A DNA stretch of 64,000 nt from Ruditapes philippinarum (GCF_026571515.1 NW_026862271.1:186001-250000), one strand, 5' to 3'. Numbered from the stretch's first letter, positions 1-13,774 are shown. Made by a program: numbers and translations. The notes: a model not told the origin generated them from the letters alone.

Positions 1-237
1 GTACATTACAGATAAAGCTTACAAGGAATTCTAGGTACATATAAATTACGAAGTCAATCATGTCAAGATTTCATTTTTTTTCTGTCAAAATTTGTTTTGA
101 AAAGCACTATACATAAAGGGCCTACAATTTAGTTTTTTATTATCAGATGCTTACCAATATAACTTAAACAGTACGTTCTTACCTTCAATGTTTGAGATAA
201 AAGAAAATAGTATGTACAATTTGTTTTATAATTGTAG

Positions 238-3200
238 GGCTGGTTCTTGCAACCGGTGCTCAGTGGAGAGAACATCGTCGATTTGCGTTGAGTACTTTAA
301 AAGATTTTGGAATGGGAAAAAGCAAACTTGAGGGGAAAATTCAAGAAGAAGCTATGTCACTTTTGTCTCAAATAGAAAATTTCAAGGGAGATCCTTTCGA
401 TCCGAAAGACATTATCAGTACCAATGTTGGGAATATAATATGTTCCATGTTGTTTAAAGGCCAGTTTAGCCACGACGACCAACGATTTTTAGGAATGATT
501 AAATTGATGGAAGAGAATATCACGTAAGTAATGAACTTAGCATTGTTTTCTCACATCATGAATCCACATAAAGTGCAATTATAAATGTTTACCCTTTAGT
601 TGTGCTGCTGTTTGTCCCAAAAAGCTAAATGTATATAACTGAAGAATGCCGATTAAAAGCTCGCTATAAAGGGGTGTTCACATGTATTTCCATCTGCCTC
701 CTTGGTCGAGGGGTTTAGAGTTTGATGACTTCTAATTTCCCGTTCCCTTTTGGCGTGGGGTTTGAAACTCCCCGGGAAAATTTCTTTGGGAAATTTTTAT
801 TTTGGGGCCCGGGGGGAAGGGAGTGTAAATTCCCGGTTTTAACTCTCCAGGAACGATGGGTTTTTGGGAAACTACCCGCCTATTTTGAAATGAAATAGGG
901 GTTTAAAAAAAATGCGTAAAATAAAAAAAAAAAAACAAAACCCAAACCCAAACACATGACTTGTAAATTTCCCAAAAATTAAAGTTTAAGCCTGAAAAAA
1001 AAGGAATAAAAACGCCCTGCGTGAATTTAAACCCAAAAAAATTTTAATTTTCCTTTAGTACCCAAAAATTGCAAAATAGTTTTACTATCTGTCATTTTAC
1101 AATATTATTTAGCGTAATGGTAATTTGGAGTTTTTGTTCCATAAATAGATCTGCCGCTGGACTTGCCAACCTCATGCCATGGTTAGCTGAATTTCCAGGC
1201 GATCCTCTAAACTGCAAGAAAATGATCAGCAACGCAGACAAGGTGTACGAGTTTATTGAAGACATAATTGACGAACATGTGAATGAATTTGATGAAAATG
1301 ATATAGATGATTTGACTAGCGCTTACATTAAGGAACTAAGGTTTAAAGAAAGTACTGGAGAGGAGACGACAATGTCCTGTAAGGTTATATACATTTGTAT
1401 TTGCATATATACAGTATATGTCATTGTATAAAATGATTTGATTACTCGATTATGAATGTTTTACAATTGTAGTGCAGATGTGTTCCAATTGTATACAAAT
1501 CAATATTTGGTACGGTATATACGGTGAGAAAACCCACAAACATTTATGAGTTTATTCGTATGACAGCATGAATCATCAGCAATAATTCCCTGATGATATA
1601 TATAACACTCATTAAATGTCTCCCCTGACCTTATCTAAGTCTTTACTTCCCCTTTACTCTGCAAGGTCTGTAGATTAATGCGAAAGAGTTGTTTTATGGT
1701 TCAATATTTCAAACTTACCAGACCAATCCTACAATATCTGCTCGTTTTTTGTTGTGTGTTTTTTCTTCTTCAGATCTCTTGGGAAATCCTTTCTCCAGAA
1801 TTTTCTTTACTTGCAGTGAAACAGTTATCTGGTGTGATTGCGGATTTATTCATAGCTGGCTCTCACACAACTACGGCCACATTGAGATGGGCAATCATTT
1901 GTCTCGTGCAGTATCCTGATATACAAGAGAGAATTTACAAACTCCTTTGTTCAAGCATCGGAACCCAGAGACTTCCCTCATCAACAGACAAAACTTCGCT
2001 TGCATATCTTGAAGCTTTTTATTTGGAAGTTTTAAGGTAAATAAAATTCAACACGTTCTACTGATTTTAACTATAAATCAAAACTGCAGGTTTTGATTAA
2101 AAGATACTCTTCCGGTATAAACCTAGTTTAATTGTTTTGTGTGATTTTTTTGTCAGGTTTGCATTTATATCTACTTCTTAACATAAGTCTAATAAGAAAT
2201 CGGGCCTTGAACATTTGTTCACACTATTGCGGGGTAATAATGCAGAGTTTTTACGCTGTACATAATTAGACAAATGTGTTTGAATCTTGATTACTTTCGT
2301 TTTACCTTACCAAAGAAAAATGCAATTACTTTCAAAAATATTGTTTGTATGGATATTTTTTTATATTGTAAATTACATGATAAATATCCTTTACATGATA
2401 AATATCCTATAAGCAAAATCTCGCAAAAAGATCAAATAAAAGACAAAACAGTGAACCGGAAAACATGTATTTTTAAATTAGATTCGCATAGGAATGATGG
2501 CGATATATGGTTTACAAGGTATTTTTAATTAAATTATGTTAAACACATTTGTGCCGAGCAAAATAATCAACTGCGTCAAACTTCTAATAGGACATCCGTA
2601 AATAGAGAGAAACAAAATTACTAAAGAACGAAAAACACGGCAATTTTTCTGGCTCGCTTTGATTGAACCTGTATATGAACAGTAGTGGAAAGTGAAAGCT
2701 AATCTCCTCGTCGTCTAACCCCCTCCCCCCACCCCAGCACCGGCTTAAGTGAAAGCATTTTATTGTTAAAGGTTCTGCTGTATATCAACATCAAGCGGAG
2801 TTCATTCAACTACAAGAGACTTTACCTTCAAAGGATATACTATTCCAAAAGAAGCGGTAATTATAGCAGATTTTGATTCAGCCCTGAGTGACCCAGCTAC
2901 ATGGCAGGATCCGGAAGTCTTCAGACCGGAAAGGTTCCTTGATGACAATGGTAATGTCAGAAAGAGGGAAGAAAATATAACGTTTTTTCTTGGTAAGTTT
3001 TCTTATCGTTTTAATTTCTTGAGTTTAAATTTTTTTCGAATCACCTTGTTTGTCTTCTTCCTATTTCATTAGAGTTATTATTTGTAGAAGAAATATGTAA
3101 CATGGGTATATCTGTACAAAAATCGGTTTGAGTTTTAGTCAAGCGAGCAATGTAAAGAATGATTTCAGTTACCTGTCTTTGCATGCGTTACTATATATTT

Positions 3201-3603
3201 TCACTTACAGCCCCTGCCACAGTCCTGAATCTGACATTTACACATATAATACTATTGTAAATTATCCATGTCAACCTTCAGATCTGACATTTAGAAACCT
3301 TTGTTAATTTTATTTTTGTCATACACACGTTTATAATCATTAGATATTCTTCAACGACTTAAATGTTGTTTAAACAATTGAGCATGTTTTAAACTTTCGC
3401 ATTTGATCCAAATTTCAGGAAAGAGAAGTTGTATTGGAGAGTCTTTGGCACGTGCAGAATTACTTATATTTCTTGGAGCTCTAGTTCAGAAGTTCCGATT
3501 AGAAAGTCCAGAAAACGAAACAGTGTCGGTCGAACATCTTGACGGTGTTTTCGCACTAGTACATATTCCTAAGCCATATAAGATAATTGCGATTCCACGC
3601 TAA
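238..3603 (+). CDS. Cytochrome P450, CYP2 clan, paralogue 1 (5'-partial; exon 1 lies upstream of the window)
   Basis: Exons 238-523, 1149-1378, 1817-2036, 2772-2992 and 3419-3603 have GT-AG sites and consistent phases. Motifs: WREHRRF (WxxxR), DFGMGK, I-helix AGSHTT, EVLR (ExxR), PERF, haem signature FFLGKRSCIG. Confidence 0.93.
695..955 (+). mobile_element. Degraded or poorly sequenced tRNA-derived SINE in CYP intron
   Basis: GCCTCCTTGGTCGAGGGGTTTAGAG head with A-box-like and GGGTTTGAAACTCC B-box-like segments and an A-rich tail; the sequence is homopolymer-garbled. Confidence 0.45.
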
Positions 3604-4931
3604 AAATGCCATGTGAACTAAAAATCATACCTCTTTTATCCAAAAGACGGTATTGAAACTGGAGTGTTATAAAATGATTCTGTTTTTATGAATATTTTAC
3701 TTTATTATGTATTTTAATAATTATATAAATATAACTTTTTGAATACATTTTATTTGTAAATTATAGAGCATAATATCTAAGGTAACGCCACTTGTAAATA
3801 GAAAAGAATATGTGATAATGCCGAGAATACTTTTTAAGGTAAAGACTAAAACAGTGTTAATGAAATAATTAACTATTTGTTAGATAAAAGTTATATAAGC
3901 AGCATTAAAATAAAATAATACACATTTTGACTTAATCATGTATGTTTTCTGTCATGTCAAAATCAATATTTTTTTGTAATAAACATTTATATCTTTTAAA
4001 TGATTCGTTTTAGAAGAATTGAGAGTTTTACATTCAATAAATAGAAGAAAAAAATTAAAAAGCCAAGCAAATATGTCTGATTATTTATAATATGTCGAAT
4101 ATTTTGTCATGACGCAACTGTTGATTTTGTACAGTTCTTTGTCTCAAACGCCAGAAATAAATATTACATATTTTGGCAGATTGGTCATAAGCTAAAATCG
4201 TTAAATAAAATAGTTATCAAGCTATGATATGGATATGAAAAATGATCATTTTATTCAAACAAAGTTTTGTGGAACGTTGGAAAATATTGTTGGTGAAAAA
4301 AATGTCTAAATTATTCCATAGTAGCCTATACATATAAGTGGCACCAGAACGCAGTTATTACTCTTAGTTGTCACCATAAACGAAATTAGTTGCACGGAAA
4401 ATAGTGCCTAGGTTAGTTTCTGAATATTCATGAAATTTATTATGAATGAAAGCTATGACAAATGGCATAATTTAACAAAAGAGTTATGAAATGATTGACA
4501 AATGTGAATTTTGAATCAATTCGAAAGTTAACATATGCACAATGGTCATTTTTGACATGGGTATTTTGCCTGTTTACGGCCTTTATGACAATAAATCATC
4601 ATATTCACTTCATATGGGTGAAAAGTTTGGAAAGAAAATAACTAATCAACCACTCATTTACAAAAACAGATTCTTTTCTCTCTGATAGTTTGTGTTTTGT
4701 TTGGAACTTTTAGAAAATTGCAACCTCACTCAGAGTCTATAAAGAACATATAGAAAAAATAACTGAGGTATTGGGCCAATAATGGTTGAAGGTATATATA
4801 TTTAGTGTTTACGACAACTTGTTATTATTTAGTTCAACACAAAGTTTGACCGTTATTGTTGTTTGTATAAAAAGATTGAAGTCACAATATGTAATGTAAT
4901 CAGTCTGAACAACACTGGGACTTATTTTATA

Positions 4932-4995
4932 GAACCATGGACAAAATGAACCATGGACAAAATGAACCATGGACAAAATGAACCATGGACAAAAT
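4932..4995. repeat. 16-bp minisatellite (GAACCATGGACAAAAT)x4
   Basis: Four perfect tandem copies read directly. Confidence 0.95.
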
Positions 4996-6083
4996 GAGTC
5001 CAAATGCTGTAACATAGCTGTAATTGAAAATTTCCGTTGTTTAACCGAACTTCAAAATATGTGATTTGATGATATATCATTTTGCTATTTGCCATGGTCA
5101 TCTTTCTGCTGTCGGAGAGGTCTGTGTTGTAAATTACTTTTATCATTTAAACACCAGTTGAAAGGTATATAACACTGAATGGACCTTCGCTATGTAGTCC
5201 TTCGAGTCCATAGTTGTGTTTCGTGAGACCAAAATTGGGATATTTTTCGTTTCAAGAATATGTCCTAAGTTATGTCTCTTTTGGTAAGACTCTACAATTT
5301 CTGAATAGCGATGAAGATGAACATTTACACATAGCACGTGCCACTGTTTTTTGTGAATGAATTAAATAAAAGTCCAAAACTTTTATTTAAGATGAAAGTA
5401 TTTATTGAAACGGTCTCCTGTTAGTCCTACAGTTTGTCATAAGTCTATGAATTATTTAATCTTAGTGATCTCGTTGTCTTACAAAATGTATACAGTGAAA
5501 AAAAAATATCTATGTAGTGAATGACATAAAATACCTTTCGATTGCCAGAGGAAGGCGAGTGAATAAATTCTTCATAGTCATCAAACATTAATTTTCTTAT
5601 AATTTAATAAAATATGATTCTTCCTGACCTGACACTTATCTGCCTACAAATTGAACAATGTTGAAAGGCACGACCACGATATTAAAATTATTCTATAATA
5701 TTACTCTTGAAAATGTCTAGTCGTATTTACATCTGTTCATCGCAAATGTTTTAAGAAGTTATTTTTTTCTAGTCATTTTGAAAATATAAGACAGAACTAT
5801 GTTTCGACTGCAAGATTGGTGGGTTTTTCATTATTTAGGTTATATCAGGTTAGTTTTGTTTTATAATAACAAATAATTCTTTAGCGATTAATAATTAAGC
5901 ATAAACGTTATAAAACGTTTATAAGTATAAGGAAACTTCGATCAATCTTGGAATTATTTCCGAATCATATGAAGTTGTAATTATGACTATAAACATATAT
6001 TTTTTTCTATTCTAAAACCATTCAATAACGTTTAAGTACGTCATCTTGGCCGTGTTATGTTCACAGGAGTGTATTAACTAAAT

Positions 6084-6345
6084 AGGTCAAAGTGCAAATG
6101 AAGTTTTTTTTAATGCAATAAATGTAATCTAACTAAGGATTTCATATATAAATAGCATGAACGACTAATTTTAGATATATTATTTTCTATTCTGACATTT
6201 CAACTTCTTTTTTTAACGTCGTTGGCCTATCTGATCGTGAAATGTTTTTAAGCTGATACGGCCAATGATTTGACCTCATTTGACTGATGACATACGAATT
6301 GAAAATTTCAATCGGTTATTCTGACGAAATGTTAGGATTATAAAA
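6084..6345 (+). promoter_or_regulatory. Proximal promoter of CYP paralogue 2: DR1, CCAAT, DR4-like element, TATA box
   Basis: AGGTCA-A-AGTGCA at 6084-6096, CCAAT at 6262-6266, TGACCT-catt-TGACTG at 6271-6286, TATAAAA at 6339-6345, ATG at 6398. Confidence 0.5.
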
Positions 6346-6397
6346 GACAAACATTCATACACCTATAACCATTGGATGGTAAATAATAATAAATGCG

Positions 6398-9300
6398 ATG
6401 GATTTACAAACAATATACGCCTTTTTGGCCAGTTTAACCAATATTCCGTTAACTTCGATAATTTTGGTAATCACTGTTAGTGTACTGCTACACCACATTT
6501 TCTTCTCAATACGTTATGACCCGCCGTTACCACCTACCCCGAAATTTAAGCTTCCGCTCATTGGACATTTACATCTGTTGGAGCATGACATGAGGAAACC
6601 TTTCAAGAAATACAGGAAACAACTTGGAGATGTGTTTTCATTATATTTTGGCGGTAAACTAACAATCGTTATATCAGGTTATGAGACATTGAAAGAAGCA
6701 TTTCATAAAAATGGAGAATTGTTCGCTGACAGACCAAGTCTCTATATCACAGACATTGCTACGAGAAATCGAGGTAATTTTACAAACTATTTACAATTTG
6801 AATTTCTATTCGTTGTTTATCGGATATCTTACGGATAAAAGAGTCTCTAACTAGTTCTTCGTATATTAAGATGCGCATTTTGTCAAGATAGTAAGCATCA
6901 AATAAGATGGCACTGATCTGAATATTTTACTATTTATTTTGATTCAAGTTGCATTTGTATTAAATTAATAGTTGTTAAAAATATGCTTAATGTCGAATTA
7001 TTTCGCTTTTATATGAATTTTAAATGAATATGTATCGTTCATTTAATTGTTTCACAGATGTTATTCATGCCATTTTATATTTTTGCCATCATAAAATATG
7101 CAAGAAGGAAAGGAAGTAATGAAGTCAAATGTATTATATGCATGAACGTGCACTGCTTATCAAATTTAAGTATTATCGAAATTTGAAATATCAGCAGATA
7201 TTAAAGTAAATTATTTCAACTTATTAGATATATGTGACGAATTGTGTTAGACACATAGGAGTTATGTGGTTCGTCCACTGTCAATATTTAGATAGATGAC
7301 ATAATCAAATAATGATTGTTCAGCTTTTATGGTAGAAGAAGACCTTAAGTCAGTAGAACCACTGACGTTCCGTATGTTTCTCACATGAAAGAATCCCATC
7401 CCTGACGGCATTCGACGCCCCTTATAAGACCTTTTTTAGAACACAATGCATGCACTAAAATTGTCTTTTTAGTCCATGATCAAATAAAGTGATTTTAAAA
7501 GTGAAAGGTTCTTAAAATTCTTGTATTTATATAAATAGGTATTGTACTTGCTAATGGTGAAAAATGGAAAGAACACCGACGGTTTGCGTTGAGTACATTA
7601 AAAGATTTTGGAATGGGAAAAAGCAAACTTGAAGGGAAAATTCACGAAGAAGTTCAGTCGTTTATATCTGAAATAGAAGAATTCCATGGGGCATCTTTTG
7701 ATCCGAAGGATTTTATAAGCACCCATGTAGCAAACATAATATGTTTCCTCTTGTTTAAGGGGAAGTTTAGGCACGATGATCAAAGATTCTTAGGAATGAT
7801 TAACCTCATCGACGAAAATATGATGTAAGATTTTGTATTCTACACAATTTTAACATCTCAATATCATTTTGGTCAATATGCACACATACTATGCAATAAA
7901 ACATATTTTGATATAAAGTCAGAATATTTTACTCTTATTTGATAACAAAAAAAGTAACAAATAATAAAACGTTGTGGAAATGAGATCAATTTCAATGTTT
8001 AATCATACGTTTCAAGATGCTTGAAATGAATATAGTAAATCCAGAAATAAAAGACTATTACTTAAATGTATTTACAATGATGAATGCAGGTTTTGAGAAT
8101 TTTTGTAAATATTTTTTGTTATGTATTTTTCTAGATCATCAGCTGGGCTTGCAAATCTCATGCCATGGTTAGCGGAATTTCCAGGTGATCCGCTGCAATG
8201 CAAGAAAATGATTCGCAATGCGGACAAAATATTTGAGTTTATTGGAGATATCATTGACGAGCATGTACGTGAATATGATGAAAACGATATTGAAGATTTC
8301 ACAAGCGCTTATATTAAAGAAATGAAGAGGAAACAATTGAACGAGGAGTCAACAACTATGAGCTGTAATTACATATACATCAGCAATGTGTTTTCAGTTA
8401 TTAATTATCATAATTAGTAACCTATCTTTTTGATGTATTTTAAAATTTCTAAATGGATAAAAGGATTGACCAAAAGCAATTTAAGAAAATACTATGAGTT
8501 TGGTAATATGTATTCGTGCGAATGTTTGCGTTTATTATGTGTGTTTTTTACTTTGTAGATGAGGAGTTATCAGGTAATATTGGAGATCTGTTTGTGGCAG
8601 GCGCACATACAACAACAGCATCAATGAGATGGGCATTAATTTGTCTCGTGCAATTCCCTGATATACAAGAGAAGTTGTACAAGAGTATAACCGAGAGCAT
8701 AGGGGACCATAGATTACCTTCAACTGCGGATAAAACAGCTCTTGCCTACCTTGAAGCTTTTTATTTGGAAGTACTAAGGTAAGACGACTTGATGTTTAAA
8801 TTAAGGTAACAAAAAGGGCATAATATATAATTATAGTTTTGTAATTACACACATGCTATTTAATTAAATGAGTATTAATTAGGCACGAATACGCTTTAGA
8901 ATTAAGACTAATGAAATAATACCATGATAACGTTAACAAGAGTTCGTCTAATTGCGTTGTTGTTAATGCTTTCGAGGGATCACCCTTTATCCAGATTTTT
9001 ATCAATTGCGATAGATATTTATCACATATTGTTGTAAAATTTGCAGATACTGCACTGTAGTGGTAACAGGTGGAGTGCATGCAACTACAAAAGATTTGAC
9101 CTTCAAGGGATATACAATCCCTCAACATGCGCTTATAATGCCTGACATACATTCTGCATTACATGACCCTGATGTTTGGAATGATCCAGAAATCTTTAGA
9201 CCTGACCGATTTTTAGATGATGCTGGTACTATAAGAAAGCGAGATGAAATGATAGCGTTCTTTCTGGGTGAGCTCTTTTTATAGTTCTATTACTTTAATA

Positions 9301-9598
9301 ATTGTTCCCATTTAAGACTCCTTAAACCGATAAATCCGTACGTGGATAATACAGAAATACGCCAGGTACATATATTTTCATTTTCTATTAAGCGTATATT
9401 TATATTTTAGGGAAACGAAGTTGTATAGGAGAATCTTTGGCAAGAGCTGAGTTACTTATCTTCATAGGTGCTCTTGTTCAAAAGTTTCGTTTAGAATGTC
9501 CCGAGAATGAGACAGTGTCAGTTGAAGATCTTGACGGAGAATTTGGATTGGTACATACACCAAAACGGTATAGAGTTGTGGCAATTGCCCGTGCTTAA
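6398..9598 (+). CDS. Cytochrome P450, CYP2 clan, paralogue 2 (complete, 506 aa)
   Basis: Exons 6398-6773, 7539-7824, 8135-8364, 8559-8778, 9047-9267 and 9411-9598 sum to 1521 nt with an open frame. N-terminal membrane anchor, Pro-rich hinge (PPLPPTP..LPLIGHL), WKEHRRF, AGAHTT, EVLR, PDRF, FFLGKRSCIG. Intron positions match paralogue 1. Confidence 0.95.
7320..7425 (-). mobile_element. SINE fragment (same family as 34810-34985)
   Basis: The reverse complement shares the TTCATGTGA...CCATAAAAGCTG blocks with the copies at 34.8 kb and 57.8 kb. Confidence 0.4.
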
Positions 9599-10996
9599 TT
9601 AAGCATCATATATGAATGACTACACCATAAAATATGCGGTACATAGACATATATTTGTATGTATACATGTATATTAAATTGATCATAAATAGAAGAATAT
9701 ATCATTAAATGTATCAGGTACAATCCCTTTCTGCATTACTGTGTTACTCATTATAATTGTTTATAGTTTGTTTGAAATATATTTGAAAATACATTTATTG
9801 CATAACATGTATCAAAAATGAGTGAATGTACAAATGCATCATGATATTTGTCATTAACAGATTAATTTCTCATAAAGTGTTAACATTCTCGTATAAAGAG
9901 GAATATTATTTATTATTAGCTAATACATGAAATATATTATAATTAATTAAATTTAATCATATTATAATGAATGTATCATAAGTTTTATAATAATTCAAAT
10001 AGTATATCAGAAGAAGTAAATTACCACTATTCCTAATACATTCTCTAATTAACTTCACAACTATTACATTTTTAATATTTTTGATATAAATATTAATTAA
10101 TTGTAAATATATGTTTATTGTATTTGTTTAGTCATAAACATTTTTCTTGCCATCTTTTTTGTTGTAAACTTATCATCAATTTGCCGAAAATCTATATAAG
10201 ACTTAAATCTTTTGCTCAATAAAGGGTCTATATATATATATGTTACCGAGTTTTATTTTATTTCATACTTCCTATTTCAATAATTTATTAGCTATTTTAG
10301 TGACTTTGTAATATTTCTTCTTTCATATTTCACTATCTATAAATCTTTAACCAATAGTAAAGCTTGCAAGTACACGACTTTATATAAAAAATATTTAAAA
10401 AATAATTGGTCCATTACGGAAGGTATGTAATACCATAAATAATGATGTTAATGGCGGTATATCAAACCACAAAAAAATTGCCTATGGATGTTGTTGGGTA
10501 AGTGTGAGACCCATGATCCGATTTCAATTATTTTTATATAGCAGATAAATTGTTCAGGAACAAAATATTATTGTTCTTCATATAAACGTCTAGAACTCTA
10601 TCAACATTTTTATCCATGAAATATTTCACAAGAATATCCAAATGCTACATTTCTATAGGTTTTTATGAATATTTAAAATATTAATGGAATATGTTCTAAT
10701 TAATCAACTAACTTAAATTAAAACGATAAGCAGTAAGTATATCTATCGAATAAAAACAGAATCTCTAAGTAATAAGTAATAAAACGTTTAAGGTTCCATG
10801 TTCTGTCTACCTTATATAGAGCTTATGATTGTCATTACAATGTTTTTGATATCATTCAAAGTAGAAATATTTAGAAGTCAAATACTCTAAAAATAAATTC
10901 TTTTGCAGTATACTAAATGCGCACGTTTATTTCTAACAACCATGAGCTTCTTTCGTTAATTTTTGCCCTTCATTTTTATCGAAGAATACAAACATA

Positions 10997-11288
10997 AAGC
11001 TCAATAGGTAGAGCGTTGAATTGTGAATCGGCGACCCGGGTTCGATTCCCCGACGGTGCAGGGAACTTTCCTTGTGATTCATCATGAAATCTTTTCTACT
11101 GGTCATTCGTATTGTTCGTCTGCTCTGGCATGTACAGAAGCTTCAGTTCCTTGCGAATGTGAAAGCAACTAGAACTGGTAAACTGTTTGACATGCCCAGG
11201 AACTGAACTGTGTTCTAGTAAAATCAATGTGGCTTACTGCCATGATCCGGAGTGAAAACTTACAACACCAATACCACCACCAACAACA
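10997..11288 (+). mobile_element. tRNA-derived SINE
   Basis: A box (AGCTCAATAGGTAGAGCG) and B box (GGTTCGATTCCC), an unrelated body and a (CAC/CAA)n tail; no complete acceptor stem, so not a tRNA gene. Confidence 0.7.
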
Positions 11289-11821
11289 TTAGGGTATTGA
11301 TATCCATTGTCTTTAACAGACGTAAGTTTACATGATTCACAACATTTTAACCGTTATTAGTTGATTACAGTTACCTCATTCCGATACCATCCTGAAGCTA
11401 GAGTAAACTAGTTGAAACTGAGTATGATCTTATTTCAAAGGTGTCGGAAATTCATGCGCATGCATATATTATGCATTAATAATTGATACAAATAAAACGC
11501 CTGTCATCTATGTTTACTATCTTTACATCTAAAATTGTAGCATGTATAAACCATTCAATGTTATCTTGCCAAATAATCTACGCTCATGTGGCATGAATCC
11601 TGTTGTAGAATGTTTTGAATGTCAAAATCACGAATAAAAACCGAGTATGCAACTAGTGGGGGAAAAGGGATATATAGAAGACAACAGTAGTGTATATATA
11701 CTGTATGATGATTTAATACTGTATTGGAGGTGAACACTTGATTAATAATACTGCATCATTTTGTGTTTGACATATAAGCTCACACAAAGTGTTTATGTTC
11801 TGTCTAGAGGACACTGACCAT

Positions 11822-13774
11822 CTACCAATCACTTGGTTCTATTGAAAACTGAGGATGCTCCAGATTAATTATTTCCCTTTCATTCTGAAACTGACATCCT
11901 TGTATGACACATTCTGGGCTACCTTCCTTGTATAACCAATTTTGCCTGAAAATTGAAATTAAAGGTTCAGGTACAACATTTCATTACCCATATGCAGATC
12001 GATTAAGTTATGTTTGAAAATATACTATAAATGGTGCAACATCATTCATGACCCCTTGCTTAAAATCATACAGTATCTTCTGAATAAAACATTTACAAAA
12101 CTGTAAGTATACGCTGTATTAAAGTCATTATGTTATTTCTCTACAGACATCAGCTTATTTTGCAAAAATTCAGAATTTTGACCAATGAAACGCACAACTT
12201 ACATGAGTTTAACATTCGCCTTGTTCCCCTGGATCACCCCTTTAATGGAACCTGTTCGTGTATTTTTCACACAACCAGTTACGCCAATTTTACTTGCTGC
12301 TTCCAATGTGTACTGAAATTAGAAAATAACCTAAAATGATTCAAATTGAATCATCTAATTATGTGTCTAAATGTAAGATATATTCATGTATCTTTATTTC
12401 ACACTTAATAAGATATAACCAATGAACTTTCAGCATTTGAACTACGTAATGTTCCGATGAAAATATTCATGAACGGATCCAATATAATCAATTTATAACT
12501 ATTTCCAGAGTACAAAACATCCATATCAAGTCCATATCATACCCGATATAGCCCCGTTTTCAATTTTAAAGTCCAAAATATCTGTAGCAAATACATATTA
12601 TACTCCATCTAGCCTTATTTCCATTTTCAATGTCAAATTATTTATGTAATTTCCTCATTGTATTTGATATAACAAAGTTTTGACAAAATGTCACAAAAAT
12701 TAAATAGAGGTCAATAAACATTAAACAATACTGATTCTATATGACTCGTACACCGCTGAAAAACCTGTATCAGACTCGACTATCGTTTCGTCGAATATAG
12801 GTTTGACAGCAGTGTATGTACTCGTCCAATAACATTTCGTATCGACCTCAGCATTATATAATAACCTCATATAATAACCTCATAAAATTCATTAACTTTA
12901 ATTAATTCATTTAACAATCAATGGACATTTCATTCACTTAGCATTTCAATATACTTCACGATCGATATGATTGTAATTTATTATGATAAGATAGATAATT
13001 ACTATGTTCCCGGTTATTTATAGGCAAAATTTCACGTTTTCCGATAAGAATACAATATTTCTGAATAGATCATACATTTTTGGGTTTTATTTGATAACGT
13101 TAAGGTACATAAAAAACATATCAAAAGTGAATAAATTGGTGTTGCGCATTGACTTGCCCGACTCGCCAATATAGAACCAGATTAGCCTCTGTCTTATTTT
13201 CTTCTTTATTTTAGCATTGTAAATTGAAATCACTTAAATTTATTAAAGAGACTGTCCCAAAAAAGAAACATGTTAAGTCCACTATTCACATCTAGTGGCG
13301 GGGTAAAGGATGAATTGAAAATCAATTACCTTTCTAAAGTAAACACCTGAAATAGAATAAAAATGACTTTGAGATTTATATTTGCTATATGTACAAACGA
13401 TTATCAATATTTCAATGCTATGAAAGTGGAAGCTTGAAGATTATTCTGAAATGTTCTGTTTTTCCACGATATATGTTCATTTAAACAAGACAATTTACTA
13501 AATTAACAATCAACAATTCATACATATCAACTTGACAAATCACATATAAATATTAAACTATATATACATAACGTTCTATTTCGATTTTATACATATCAGT
13601 CGAATCTTCACACTTCATTAGTAATAATGCTTCATAAACAAACGAAACAATATACAAATATATACAAAAGATAAAATAAAGAAAATGTATTAATTTTTTA
13701 CCTTGAACGAGGCCGAATACCTCAAAATCCACTGATAACAGCCTCGACGGATCTAAATAACTCGTTTCCTCCAT
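11822..13774 (-). CDS. ACYP: Acylphosphatase (107 aa)
   Basis: Exons 13774-13702, 13346-13330, 12312-12203 and 11945-11822 sum to 324 nt. Translation MEETSYLDPSRLLSVDFEVFGLVQGVYFRKYT...GVTGCVKNTRTGSIKGVIQG...WLYKEGSPEC... contains VQGVxFR, the catalytic Asn and the GSP motif. Confidence 0.92.
12749..12816. repeat. Imperfect palindrome (foldback-repeat remnant) in ACYP intron
   Basis: TACACCGCTG..AAACCTGTAT pairs with ATATAGGTTT..CAGCAGTGTA. Confidence 0.55.

Noticed and set aside
4809-5146. ORFs with repeated HGSFCPWF; possible CRISPR-like array
   Set aside because: A simple 16-bp tandem repeat without spacers in eukaryotic DNA.
6284-6304. CTGATGA...GAAA hammerhead-like core (CTGATGA also at about 1590 and on the - strand near 44003)
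   Set aside because: No pairing stem II or flanking stems I/III could be formed.
10997-11060. Possible tRNA-His gene
   Set aside because: No proper acceptor stem or terminator; continues into a SINE body and simple-repeat tail.
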